Positions 7,198-16,635 of a stretch of DNA of 37,283 bases are shown here, piece after piece. The notes below the pieces were generated by a model. The model saw only the letters and a list, made by a program, of their open reading frames with translations, made no database searches and was not told where the DNA came from. Source of the DNA: Gemmatimonadota bacterium (GTDB lineage: Bacteria > Gemmatimonadota > Gemmatimonadetes > Palauibacterales > KS3-K002); NCBI GenBank assembly GCA_039586795.1, contig JBDHJS010000034.1, positions 70,918 to 108,200 on the forward strand, written 5' to 3'. The translations under genes and the position numbers were made by a program. The first letter of the stretch is position 1. Each line of letters starts with the position of its first letter.

Positions 7198-8928
7198 TCA
7201 GTCCGACTTGGTATACATCACCTTCCCGCCAACGATCGTATAGACCACATCGGTCGTCGGAATCTCATCTTCGGGAATCGTAAGGATGTCTTTCGACAGT
7301 ACGGTAATGTCCGCCAGTTTGCCTGGCGTCAGCGAGCCCATGACCTCTTCCTCGAACCCGGCGAAGGCCGCCTTTATCGTGTACGTCTCCAACGCCTCCA
7401 TTCGGGTCAGCACCTGGGCCGGGAAGAAGGCTTCGCCGTTCTTCATCTTTCGAGAGACCGTCGCGTAGTAGCTGGCGATCGGATCGATGTCTTCCACCGG
7501 CGCATCCGTGCCGTTGGCGATTACGGTGCCCAGGTCCCAAAGCGTCCGCCACACGTAAGCGCCCTCTTCGGCCCGCTGCTCGCCGAGCCGCGGGATCACC
7601 CAGGGACCATCGGATGTGCAGTGGATGCCCTGCATGGCCGCAATGACATCCAGCTCCGCGAAGCGCGGGATGTCGGCGGGGTTGAGGTGCTGAGCGTGCT
7701 CGATGCGCCACCTGAAGTCCGAACGATTCGGGTTTGCTTCGAAGGCCTCCTGGAATACATCCAATACTTCGCGGTTAGCCCGGTCGCCGATGGCGTGCAC
7801 GCAAAGCTGGAAGTCGTTCTCCACGGCGATTCGCGCCGTCTCCCGGAGATCCTCGATCGGGCTGGTGTTGAGCCCAGTGCTCGTCGGCAGATCGGAATAG
7901 GGCTCGAGCAGCCACGCGCCGTGCGGTCCCAGTGCGCCGTCCACCGAAACCTTGATGCCACGCACCGTGAGGCGGTGATCACCGTAGTCGACCATCCGGT
8001 ACTCGGGAAGCAGCTCCACCAACCGGCTATTGGGCTGTCGGATCATCACCCAGACCCTGACACCCAGAGCGCCGTCGTCCGCCATCTCCTTATAGAGATC
8101 GACCGTCTCGAAGCTCACGCCGGCATCGTGGAAAGCCGTCACTCCTTTGGAGAGCGCTTCCTCAACGGCCAGCTCGGCCTGGCGGCGCGGGTCGGTGGGT
8201 ACCGCGTACTCGTAGGCCGCTCCCAAAAGACGCTGCGCCGTCTCCCGGAACGCTCCGATCGGATTTCCGTCGGCGTCCCGCACGATCTCGCCGCCCTCTG
8301 GATCACGAGTACGACGATTGATCCCGGCCAACTCCATCGCCTTCGCGTTGGCAAACGCCGCGTGACCGCTGGCGTGACCCAGAACGACCGGGTTGTCCGG
8401 TGAAACCGCGCTCAGCGTGTGGTGAGTCGGCAACCCATCGATGTTGCCAGGCGGTTCTCTGTCCCACTTCTCCTGGTGCCAACCGCGTCCGCTGATCAGC
8501 ACGCCCGGCTCCGCTTCCGCGACCGCCTCAGCGACCATTGCGACGATCTCGTCCCAGTTCGAGACATCCATCAGGTTGAGCTGCATCTTGGCCGCGCCGA
8601 CTCCCAAGAAGTGCCCGTGGCTTTCGATGAAGCCGGGGATGGCGAGCTGACCATCGAGATCGATCACCTGGGTCTCGGATCCGATGTAGCGCCGGATCTC
8701 CCTGTTGCTTCCGACGGCTATGATCGTATCGCCGGCCATCGCGATCGCCTGGCCCTCCGGGTTAGCGGGGTCGACGGTCACGACCTTGCCGTTCTGGAGC
8801 ACCAGATCGGCGGGGAATTCCGGCTCTCCGTAGCAACCCATGACCAGGGTGAAAGAGAAGCCGAGGATCACCCCGACGAGCGCCCTCCGCCAGAGTCCCT
8901 GCCGCAGTCCCTCCACAGACCGTTCCAT
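7198..8928 (-). CDS. Amidohydrolase_3 / YtcJ-like metallo-amidohydrolase, probable lipoprotein
   Basis: PGFIESHGH, HAIGDRAN, RIEHAQ, GTDAPVE, GKLADITVLS; lipobox VMGC; ATG 8928 with GGAGG. Confidence 0.92.
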   Translation of the reverse strand: MERSVEGLRQGLWRRALVGVILGFSFTLVMGCYGEPEFPADLVLQNGKVVTVDPANPEGQAIAMAGDTIIAVGSNREIRRYIGSETQVIDLDGQLAIPGFIESHGHFLGVGAAKMQLNLMDVSNWDEIVAMVAEAVAEAEPGVLISGRGWHQEKWDREPPGNIDGLPTHHTLSAVSPDNPVVLGHASGHAAFANAKAMELAGINRRTRDPEGGEIVRDADGNPIGAFRETAQRLLGAAYEYAVPTDPRRQAELAVEEALSKGVTAFHDAGVSFETVDLYKEMADDGALGVRVWVMIRQPNSRLVELLPEYRMVDYGDHRLTVRGIKVSVDGALGPHGAWLLEPYSDLPTSTGLNTSPIEDLRETARIAVENDFQLCVHAIGDRANREVLDVFQEAFEANPNRSDFRWRIEHAQHLNPADIPRFAELDVIAAMQGIHCTSDGPWVIPRLGEQRAEEGAYVWRTLWDLGTVIANGTDAPVEDIDPIASYYATVSRKMKNGEAFFPAQVLTRMEALETYTIKAAFAGFEEEVMGSLTPGKLADITVLSKDILTIPEDEIPTTDVVYTIVGGKVMYTKSD

Positions 8929-9203
8929 GCCTATCGCCTCCGTATCAGAGTTGCTTCGACTCGCTGTCTTTTGGAGTTGGTGGTTGGTAGCACCGGCAAG
9001 GTACGTTGACGGCTGGAACGGGGCTAGATGACCTGTGTTGCTAGCCCACAGCCGCCCCTCTCTGACCCGTTTTGGCCAGAAAAACGCCAGCCATTGCAAA
9101 AATTTGTTTCTCTAGCGAAATTTGTAGCCCTTGCCTCCTTATCCCTGCCAAATCCTTGCCTTAATGCTCTAGTTACCAAACGGTAACGGAGGCGTCGAGC
9201 GTC

Positions 9204-11519
9204 ATGTCCGCGCCACGCAACGTATTGCGCCAAATATCCGAGAAGCTGCAGGGGTCGCTGCCCGCCGCCCTGAGCGGTCGATCCAGCCCTATGGCGATAA
9301 CCGCCGCCGGCGTCCTGGCGGTGCTGCTGACCCTGGCGGCGATCGTCGGCGATCGCGTCGCCGTCACGTCCTGGGTGCCCGCCTTAGACCGCTGGGCCTA
9401 CGACATCCGCCTGCAGGCGGCCGCTCGCGAGCTGCCGAACGCCCTGCAGATCGTCGGCATCGATGGTCTAGCCGAGTCGGGAGAGCCTGCCGTTTCGCCA
9501 GAGCTGCTCGGGGGATTCGTGCAGCGCGTTCGCGAGGCTGGTGCGTCGGTGATCGTGCTCGACGTGCAGGCGATCGGGCTGACCGGGGACAACGCGGCCG
9601 ATTCGGCTCTGGCCAGCGTACTGGCGGAGCGAGACGATATCGTCCTGACGGCGGATGTCGTCTGGACTGAAGTTCAGGATGGCCTGGGCGGTGTCACTTC
9701 AGTGCAGGAGCCGTCGTTGCCTCTACCGTTGTTCGACGAGGTGGCGAGCGGTGTCGGAGTCGCGTCGCTGAGCTTCGATCCGGACTCCAGCGTACGTCGT
9801 GCGCAACCGCAATCTCACATACTTGGCGTTCCATACTGGTCGCTCGCCGTCGAAGTGGTTCGAGTCCATCAGGGTGTGCCTCTCGAGGGCGCGCGGCTGG
9901 TGGACGGCGTTCTCGAGTTGGGCGCGAGCAGGTTCGAGACTGGGAATCATTACTATATAGACCAGCATCAAGCACGACCGCCGTTTTCGCTCGAGAACTT
10001 GATGCGTTTGAGCGAGCTACCGGCTCGCGCTCGGCCGATGTTCGAGGGCGCGATCGTGCTGGTCGGCCCCGTCGGCCCTGGTGCGGAAACGGTATCCACT
10101 CCGTTGAGCGAATCGGCCCCCAAGGTATTTGTCGAGGCCAGCAACATTGCCACGCTGATCGGCAACCGGATGCGCCACAATGCGCCGCTCGCCTTCCAGG
10201 TTCTGCTGATCTGGTTCCTGGCGTTCGCTGGCGCTGGTATGTTCTTCAACTGGTCGCTGAGGACCGCCTTGCTAATCTGGCCGGCCGGCTGGGGCCTGCT
10301 GGCCCTGCTCTTCTGGCTACCCTTCGAAGGCGGGCTGGTTTTCAGTGTCGCGGCACCGACGCTCGCCTGGGGCCTGATCTTCCCGTTGGCGCTCGGCTAC
10401 CGGCTGCACGCATCGGGTGTGGACATCCTGGCGCGCGACCGCAGCATCCAGACGATCGCCAAGCTCCGGGACGTTCGCTTCGAGGAGATGGGTCTGCCCG
10501 AGAGCTTGCTGCCACTGTTCGACACGCTGGGTGGCGCGCTGGACGCGCACTCGGTACTGCTCCTACAGGAAGGTGGCGAGTACTGGGAGGTAGTGAGTGG
10601 AATCGGCGCGCCACCGCAGGACTGGAGCCAGCTGCGGCGCGCCGTTTCGTCGACGAACGGCGAAATGGTCTTGGGCCGCGGAGGACGGGAGGCGTTCGTT
10701 CCGATCACCATCGATCAGGACAACCGCCGCCGCGTGCTCTACGTGCGCGGCAGCCGCAGCCTGGGCCCGCTCGATACTCATACCCTGCTATCGGTGACAT
10801 CCGGTCTGCATCTCGGCTTCCAGAACCGGGCGCTGACGCGCCGGCTGGAGGAAGCGTATCTCGGCATCCTCACGGCGATCGGCGTGGCGGTCGAGGCACG
10901 AGACGAGGCAACGGAAGCGCATTGCCAGCGGCTGGCTACGTATTCTTGCGAGCTCGCCGCCGAGCTGAGCTATCCGGATGATTTCATCGAGGACCTGTGG
11001 ATCGGCGCCGCGCTTCACGATATCGGCAAAGTCGGCGTGCCCGATGCCGTGTTCCACAAGCCCGGGGCCCTGACGCCCAAAGAGTTCGAGTTGATGAAGC
11101 AGCATACTGTTCTGGGCTATCGGATTCTCGAGGACGCCCCGATCAGCGAGACCGCGAAACTTTGCGTCCTTCACCATCACGAGCGCTGGGACGGAAAGGG
11201 TTACCCGGACGGGCTAGCGGGCGAGGATATCCCACGGTCGGCGCGCATAGTGTCGGTTCTCGACACGTTCGATGCGCTCACCTCCGATCGCTCCTACCGG
11301 CCAGGCAAGGACGAGCGCGAGGCGGTCGAGTACGTACGATCCGAATCCGGCGGCGCCCTGGAACCCGACCTGGTGGAGTGTTTCATGTCGCTTCACACGG
11401 AGGGGATCATCCGCGGAGCCGGCGAGCCGATCCCCGACGGCACGCGCCTCCGCTGGAGCCCACGGCGCGAACGGACGGCAGGCCACCTGGCCACGGTCAT
11501 CAAACGGAACGGCGCCTAG
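9204..11519 (+). CDS. CHASE2 sensor + HD-GYP cyclic dinucleotide phosphodiesterase
   Basis: CHASE2-like IVGID...GASVIVLD...DPDSSVRR followed by three TM helices; LHDIGK, HHHERWDGKGYP, DTFDALTSDRSYR. Confidence 0.9.
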   Translation: MSAPRNVLRQISEKLQGSLPAALSGRSSPMAITAAGVLAVLLTLAAIVGDRVAVTSWVPALDRWAYDIRLQAAARELPNALQIVGIDGLAESGEPAVSPELLGGFVQRVREAGASVIVLDVQAIGLTGDNAADSALASVLAERDDIVLTADVVWTEVQDGLGGVTSVQEPSLPLPLFDEVASGVGVASLSFDPDSSVRRAQPQSHILGVPYWSLAVEVVRVHQGVPLEGARLVDGVLELGASRFETGNHYYIDQHQARPPFSLENLMRLSELPARARPMFEGAIVLVGPVGPGAETVSTPLSESAPKVFVEASNIATLIGNRMRHNAPLAFQVLLIWFLAFAGAGMFFNWSLRTALLIWPAGWGLLALLFWLPFEGGLVFSVAAPTLAWGLIFPLALGYRLHASGVDILARDRSIQTIAKLRDVRFEEMGLPESLLPLFDTLGGALDAHSVLLLQEGGEYWEVVSGIGAPPQDWSQLRRAVSSTNGEMVLGRGGREAFVPITIDQDNRRRVLYVRGSRSLGPLDTHTLLSVTSGLHLGFQNRALTRRLEEAYLGILTAIGVAVEARDEATEAHCQRLATYSCELAAELSYPDDFIEDLWIGAALHDIGKVGVPDAVFHKPGALTPKEFELMKQHTVLGYRILEDAPISETAKLCVLHHHERWDGKGYPDGLAGEDIPRSARIVSVLDTFDALTSDRSYRPGKDEREAVEYVRSESGGALEPDLVECFMSLHTEGIIRGAGEPIPDGTRLRWSPRRERTAGHLATVIKRNGA

Positions 11520-11641
11520 CACTCCGACCTTTTGCCTACGGTCTTCCCTTCCGATCTCTCCAGATCGCTAGGCCTCTCTTGTGCGGCCTGATACGTCTAT
11601 TCAGGTTGAGACGTGGCACCCCAGGTACGGGAGAGGACCAG

Positions 11642-12820
11642 ATGATCCGCGGATCGGGCTTTCTCGTTTTCTGCGTTTTGACCGCTGCGTGCACGCAAGA
11701 GGACGACCGACAGCCCAGCCAATCGCAGCCAACTGATGAAATCGCTCGGTTCGCCGAACTTCAGCTCGAAAACACGCTTCCAACCTCGTTCGGGTATCTG
11801 AGCGGTGCTAGGGAACTCGCCGACGGAACGGTCCTGGTTGCCGATCCGCTGGCACCCGCCCTGCTGCGTCTCCATCCAGAGTCCGGCGTGGTGGACACGC
11901 TGGGCCGCATCGGGGGCGGCCCGGGTGAGTACAGGCAGCCCGATCATGTCTTTGCCCTCCCGGGCGATTCAACGCTGATGGTGGACCTGGGGCGGCTCAG
12001 GCTGGTTGCTGTGTCGCCCGACGGCCTGTTCGGGAGCGGCCATCCCATGTCGTTTTCGACGCGAGACGGTGATCTCCACACCTTTATTCCCCGGTTCATC
12101 GATGCCCGCGGTCGCCTGTACGCAGAAGCACCTCGTAACCCGGAAGGGCCACCCGACTCGATCGCCGTGGTGAGATACGGACGGAACCCGGCGGCTCTGG
12201 ACACTGTCGCGTTCCTGTGGCTTCCGGAGTACCGACGGGGAGGGTGGTTGATGTTGGCCGGAAGGGACGATTGGGCAGTGGGTCCAGATGGAAGCGTAGC
12301 AGTCATTCGAGCGCACGGGTACGCGATCGACTGGTATCGCCCCACCGGCGAGTTCGTCGCGGGTTCGCCCAACGAGTTCGACTCGCACGCTATTGGCTCA
12401 GTCGACAAGGAGGTCTTCATGGAAGAGATGGCCTCCGGCGCGCTCTCCGTGACGAGCCTCGTGTCCGAATCGGGCACCGAGAGTCGCTCGTACAGCAGAG
12501 GTGTAAGCGACGCGACGGGCCGACCCAGCGCCGATGACTTTCAGTGGGCGGAGAAGTTCCCACCGTTCAAGAACGGCGGATCTCTGGTCTCTCCGGACGG
12601 CAACCTTTGGGTCGAGCGGATGCTGCCTCATGACCTCCCGCCGAGAATGGAAGTGTTCAACCGCGCCGGGGAGCGTTTGGGTTACGTTCCCCTGCCCGTA
12701 GGCCGCCGCATGGTCGCGTTCAGCGGCGTGGCAGGGAGCCTGGCTGTCTATCTGGTTAGGACTGACGAGGTGGGCCTGAAATGGCTGGAGCGGTACCGGA
12801 TCGCCTTCTCGGAATCATGA
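11642..12820 (+). CDS. Exported beta-propeller lipoprotein (6-bladed beta-propeller / NHL-like)
   Basis: Lipobox TAAC; ELADGTVLVAD, LGRIGGGPGEYRQP, WAVGPDG, SPDGNLWV; ATG 11642 with GAGGA upstream; the 5' part of the 607-aa ORF is overlap with the HD-GYP gene. Confidence 0.8.
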   Translation: MIRGSGFLVFCVLTAACTQEDDRQPSQSQPTDEIARFAELQLENTLPTSFGYLSGARELADGTVLVADPLAPALLRLHPESGVVDTLGRIGGGPGEYRQPDHVFALPGDSTLMVDLGRLRLVAVSPDGLFGSGHPMSFSTRDGDLHTFIPRFIDARGRLYAEAPRNPEGPPDSIAVVRYGRNPAALDTVAFLWLPEYRRGGWLMLAGRDDWAVGPDGSVAVIRAHGYAIDWYRPTGEFVAGSPNEFDSHAIGSVDKEVFMEEMASGALSVTSLVSESGTESRSYSRGVSDATGRPSADDFQWAEKFPPFKNGGSLVSPDGNLWVERMLPHDLPPRMEVFNRAGERLGYVPLPVGRRMVAFSGVAGSLAVYLVRTDEVGLKWLERYRIAFSES

Positions 12821-12859
12821 CCCTTCGAGTCACATAACAGGGCCTGGCCTGTCAAAATA

Positions 12860-12887
12860 GCCCCCGGTATCTCTGCGAACCGGGGGC
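12860..12887. terminator. Hairpin terminator between convergent genes
   Basis: gcccccggt-N10-accgggggc 9-bp stem; followed by tatttt on the minus strand. Confidence 0.55.
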
Positions 12888-12922
12888 CTTCTGTCTACGT
12901 TGCAGCCACTCTTACAGGCGCG

Positions 12923-12985
12923 GATACGCTCTCGCCCGCCCTCGAAGCCCTCGTGACGCAGTACGCCGGCATGGTCCGGAAGGTC
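12923..12985 (+). pseudogene. Possible N-terminal remnant of an ECF sigma factor gene
   Basis: Translates DTLSPALEALVTQYAGMVRKV, resembling the ECF sigma region-2 entry; no evident start and no continuation. Confidence 0.35.
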
Positions 12986-13030
12986 GTTCTCACTTGCAGG
13001 TACTGTCTGTGGCGGAGAGGGGATTAGGCT

Positions 13031-13804
13031 CTACTTCCCTCTCATTTTCTGGGTCTTCTCACCAAGCCAGCCACCGATCAAGGCAAGCAAGATCCCGCCA
13101 CCGAACCCGATCAGTGTTGATTGGAGACGTGGCACAGCATCAAACCAGAGGATGACGAAGCCGGCGTCCAGAATCACCATCCCGGCTGCCGCTATCCCGG
13201 GTTCGATCATCGTGACGCCGGGTGAGAAGTGGCCGACAATCCATCCGGTGACGAGAAATGAGGCCGCGAAGACGAAGAGGTTTTGCATGGGCGTCAGGGC
13301 GAGCAGCTCCCTGGCTAGAAGGACGGCGTAAGCGCTAAGGGTGAACCCTATGATGACGCTGACGAAGACCCAGGGCCAGTCGACCGCCTTGTCTTCATGG
13401 GCTTCCTCAAGAGTGCCCTGCAACATCTCGCCGACCCAACCGCCCGCCATGGTGAGCAGAGCGGCGTAGAAAGGGCTCGTGAGCCACACGAGCACGGGGA
13501 TCGTGGCGCCTCGGAAGACAACGGCGGCCAGAGCCGTCAGAACGAAGAGGATCAGTCCGGCGACCGCTGTTTCCCGAATTGTCTCGCCCGGCGAGCGGTA
13601 TCCGATGAGTATTCCAACCAGAAGCAACGAAAGCGTGAGCGCCAGCAGCGTGACCGGCCCACGTTCAAAACCCGGATCGACGATGAAGATGAACAGCGCG
13701 ATGAGCGCGGCCCCGAGCAGGACGCCCACGGCAACCCAACTCCACTGCAATGGATCCGAATCGGCAGCTTGATTTGTGATGGGAACTCCTTCATCAGGAC
13801 TCAT
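13031..13804 (-). CDS. Integral membrane protein made of two homologous 4-TM repeats
   Basis: QWSWV..GYRSPGETIRETAVAG..GGWVGE repeated as DWPWV..GHFSPGVTMIEPGIAA..GGWLGE. Confidence 0.85.
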   Translation of the reverse strand: MSPDEGVPITNQAADSDPLQWSWVAVGVLLGAALIALFIFIVDPGFERGPVTLLALTLSLLLVGILIGYRSPGETIRETAVAGLILFVLTALAAVVFRGATIPVLVWLTSPFYAALLTMAGGWVGEMLQGTLEEAHEDKAVDWPWVFVSVIIGFTLSAYAVLLARELLALTPMQNLFVFAASFLVTGWIVGHFSPGVTMIEPGIAAAGMVILDAGFVILWFDAVPRLQSTLIGFGGGILLALIGGWLGEKTQKMRGK

Positions 13805-13884
13805 GTCCGTTCTCCGGTCTGGTATACAGGGCGAGGGCGCACAGGCTAGCGCCGGCTATCGCTATCAGCGGGACTGAATTTCAC

Positions 13885-13913
13885 ATTCTAGGGCCAGCTG
13901 TCGTGAAGTGCAA
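13885..13913 (-). promoter_or_regulatory. Putative sigma70 promoter for the 13031-13804 gene
   Basis: Minus strand TTGCAC-N17-TAGAAT. Confidence 0.55.
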
Positions 13914-13931
13914 ACTGATAATCGGTATCGG

Positions 13932-14663
13932 CTAGCCGGGCCGAGAATACCTTACCGTCCCGCCGATGATCGTATAGACGATTTCCGCGTCCCTAATCTC
14001 ATCCTCTGGTATCGTGAAGATGTCTCGGGAGAGCACCGTTATGTCCGCCAGTTTACCGACGCTCAGGGTGCCCTTGAGATCCTCTTCGAACGCGGCGAAA
14101 GCCGGGTTCACCGTGTACGAGGCCAGCGCCTGTTCTCGGGTCATGCGCTGCTCAGGGAAGAAGACTTCTCCGTTCTCCATCATGCGGGTCACGGATCGGT
14201 AGAAGTTATCGATCGGGTTGATGTCCTCGACCGGCGGATCCGTGCCGTTGACGACGACGGCCCCTGAGCGAAACAGTGATCGATACGGATACCCCCTCTC
14301 CCGAGCCCGCTCTTCACCCAGCCGGCCAATCACCCATGGCCCATCGGATGTGGCGAACACGCCGCGGACGGAGGATATGACGCCGAGCTGGGCGAAGCGT
14401 GGCAGGTCGTCGGGATGGACAACCTGGCAGTTGACCTGTGTACGGTCTCCGATGAACGCATCGATCTCACCGTCGCTACCGACCGCCACGATCCGATCGC
14501 CGCGCACCGCGAGCGCTTCAGCGGACGGTAGAGTGGAATCCATCGTGACGATGTGGCCGTGGAGGAGCACGAGGTCTGCAGGTTCATCTGCGGGCGAGCG
14601 ATCGCAGGCGGCGCTGGACATCACCAAAGCCACTAGCGTTACCTTCAGAAGCACGCTTCTCAT
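13932..14663 (-). pseudogene. Internally deleted YtcJ-like amidohydrolase (in frame, ~243 aa)
   Basis: N-terminus aligns with the paralog at 7198-8928 up to IGDRTQV, then jumps to CQVVHPDDLPRF; about 320 codons, including HxH and HAIGD, are absent. Confidence 0.85.
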
Positions 14664-14694
14664 TGACCCGTTTCCTACATCATGCCAGCGCAGC

Positions 14695-16185
14695 TCAACG
14701 CTCGACTGCGGAGAGCTCGAGAACCCATGCGTAGCGGGACGGCGGCGTTTCGCGGACAGCTTCCGGGATCCGGACGATGAACCCCGTCCCCGCGACCTCC
14801 CATTCAAGATCGCCATCGACACCGAGCAGCGAAACCGTGGCGCCGACGGCGGGCCTGAGCTCGGTGATCGAGAAATATCGGGGAAGTCGGACTTCCTCTT
14901 CGTCAGCCAGATAGATCGCGTATACCGTTCCATCACTCTTCGACGTGAGGCGGATCTTCCCTTCACGATACGGAGCTATGGCACGAGTCTCGTAGATAGC
15001 CTCGCCGTTGACATCCATCCAGTCGCCAATCTCTTCCAAACGGTCATACGCCTGCGCGTGCCATGTGCCATCGGGCCCCGGGCCGATGTTGAGGAGCAGG
15101 TTGCCGCCCTTGGAGACGACATCGACCAGCATGTGGATGAGTTGACGAGCCGATTTGTACCGATCTTCAGGGACGTACGACCAGCTGGTCGCCATCGGCA
15201 TCGGCACTTCCCACGGATGAAGGACTGGCTCGGAAGGAACGCGGGCCTCGGGCGTTAGATAGTTCTGATGCGGGCCCGGCACCGCCCGGTCGACCACGAT
15301 CAGCCCTGGTTGCTTGGCCCGAGCGTTCGCGACGAGCCGCGGCATGTCGATGTCCTGGCTCTGGATGCGGCCGAACTTGTAGTTGGGGCTGTTGATGCGG
15401 GCCTGAATCTCTTCCTCGGTCAGCGTTCTCACCCAACCACCGTCGAGCCACAGGATGTCGATGCGGCCGTAGTTGGACATCAACTCATCGATCTGGTTGT
15501 GGGTGAACTCGACGAACCGCTGCCAACGCTCCGGATACTTGTCTATATCATAGTTCGGGTTGCGGTCCGGCGTGGCGAAGTAAGGCCACCAGTAGTCCGG
15601 ACTGTGCCAGTCCGGCTTCGAGAAGTAGACGCCGATCCAGAAATCCTGATCGCGAAACGCTTCGAAGATCTCCTTTGTGACATCGGCCCGCGGGTCACTG
15701 TGAAACGGTGTTGCCGGATCGGTGATCTTGTAATCGGTCTCTTGCGAGTCGAACATGGTGAAGCCGTCATGGTGTTTTGTGGTGAACACCATGTAGCGTA
15801 TCCCGGCACCTCTCGCGGCGCGCGCCCAGCGATGCGGGTCGAATCCCGTCGGATTGAAGGAGGTCTGCAGATTCTCATAGGCCTGTTTGTACTCGTCGTA
15901 GTCCTCCATCGACCGTCGACACCACGGCTCGTCTTCCGAGCAGAGCGACCAAGACTCGACGATCCCCCACTGGCTGTACGGCCCCCAGTGCATCAGCAAC
16001 CCGAGTTTCAGGTCCTGCCACTCTTGCAGCTTTTGACGTACGAGGGGGTCGGTCTCCTCCACGTAGTCGTACTCCCCGCGCTGCGCGGCGACCGGCGCGG
16101 GTGAAGCAAGTGCGTGTGCCGTCAGTGAGAGAGCAAGTAGGAGAGCGATAGGATATCGGAACGAGCGCTTTGCGGCCTCCTGCAT
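14695..16185 (-). CDS. Alpha-L-fucosidase, GH29, exported
   Basis: GLLMHWGPYS, TTKHHDGF, ILWLDGGW nucleophile motif, VSKGGNLLLNIGP; signal peptide; GAGGAG upstream. Confidence 0.93.
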   Translation of the reverse strand: MQEAAKRSFRYPIALLLALSLTAHALASPAPVAAQRGEYDYVEETDPLVRQKLQEWQDLKLGLLMHWGPYSQWGIVESWSLCSEDEPWCRRSMEDYDEYKQAYENLQTSFNPTGFDPHRWARAARGAGIRYMVFTTKHHDGFTMFDSQETDYKITDPATPFHSDPRADVTKEIFEAFRDQDFWIGVYFSKPDWHSPDYWWPYFATPDRNPNYDIDKYPERWQRFVEFTHNQIDELMSNYGRIDILWLDGGWVRTLTEEEIQARINSPNYKFGRIQSQDIDMPRLVANARAKQPGLIVVDRAVPGPHQNYLTPEARVPSEPVLHPWEVPMPMATSWSYVPEDRYKSARQLIHMLVDVVSKGGNLLLNIGPGPDGTWHAQAYDRLEEIGDWMDVNGEAIYETRAIAPYREGKIRLTSKSDGTVYAIYLADEEEVRLPRYFSITELRPAVGATVSLLGVDGDLEWEVAGTGFIVRIPEAVRETPPSRYAWVLELSAVER

Positions 16186-16371
16186 TTCGACGACTCCTCA
16201 TAGTGGGTCGCTGTGCTGGGGCTTCAGCAAGATGCTTCTTCCACGGCGCTGGTGCCAGTTGCCGGCCTGTCGATGAGGGCTGGGAGGCTGTTCAAATCCC
16301 GACTACAGAGGGAAATCTGGGTGATGCAATCGCTTACGCTAGCGATACGGTGACCTCTACCGAGGCCTGAC

Positions 16372-16464
16372 ACCGGGCTTGCATTGATCGCGGCCGCGGC
16401 CGCTTCGATTCCGGCTCGCCGCGCCGCTCAACTGGATGCGATGTCGGTGCTGAGAATCGAGTGA
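16372..16464 (+). pseudogene. C-terminal remnant of a MacB/FtsX-type ABC permease
   Basis: TGLALIAAAAASIPARRAAQLDAMSVLRIE* matches the permease C-termini elsewhere in this window; in-frame TGA upstream at 16351. Confidence 0.75.
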
Positions 16465-16484
16465 GGTCCGGCGGCGGCGGGTCA

Positions 16485-16516
16485 CCGCTCGCCCCCGCGC
16501 CCCGACCGGTCATCCC
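16485..16516 (+). promoter_or_regulatory. LytTR-type direct repeat pair
   Basis: ccgctcgcccc (16485) and ccggtcatccc (16506), 21-bp period, upstream of the LytS/LytTR operon. Confidence 0.55.
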
Positions 16517-16635
16517 AAGAACCGCTTAAACCGCGACTCATGCCCTTGCCCTCCCGCGCACGGTCACTACACTGAACTCGGGCAACAAACCACGTATTCA
16601 ACGACCGATAGCGGTTCATTCCTGGAGGACAAGCG

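Noticed and set aside
7180..8403. Long antisense ORFs (also 1122-2237, 14218-15258, 18691-19674, 21544-22578, 32819-33760 and others)
   Set aside because: Shadow frames of well-supported genes in GC-rich DNA, with no recognisable motifs
9073..9087. Sigma54-like GG-N10-GC upstream of the HD-GYP gene
   Set aside because: Poor match to TGGCAC-N5-TTGC beyond the two dinucleotides
10997..11641. 5' extension of the 607-aa ORF (and similar extensions at 8929-9099, 14664-14966, 18403-18687, 36879-36986)
   Set aside because: Most overlap neighbouring genes; downstream starts with an RBS, signal peptide or stop-start overlap fit better
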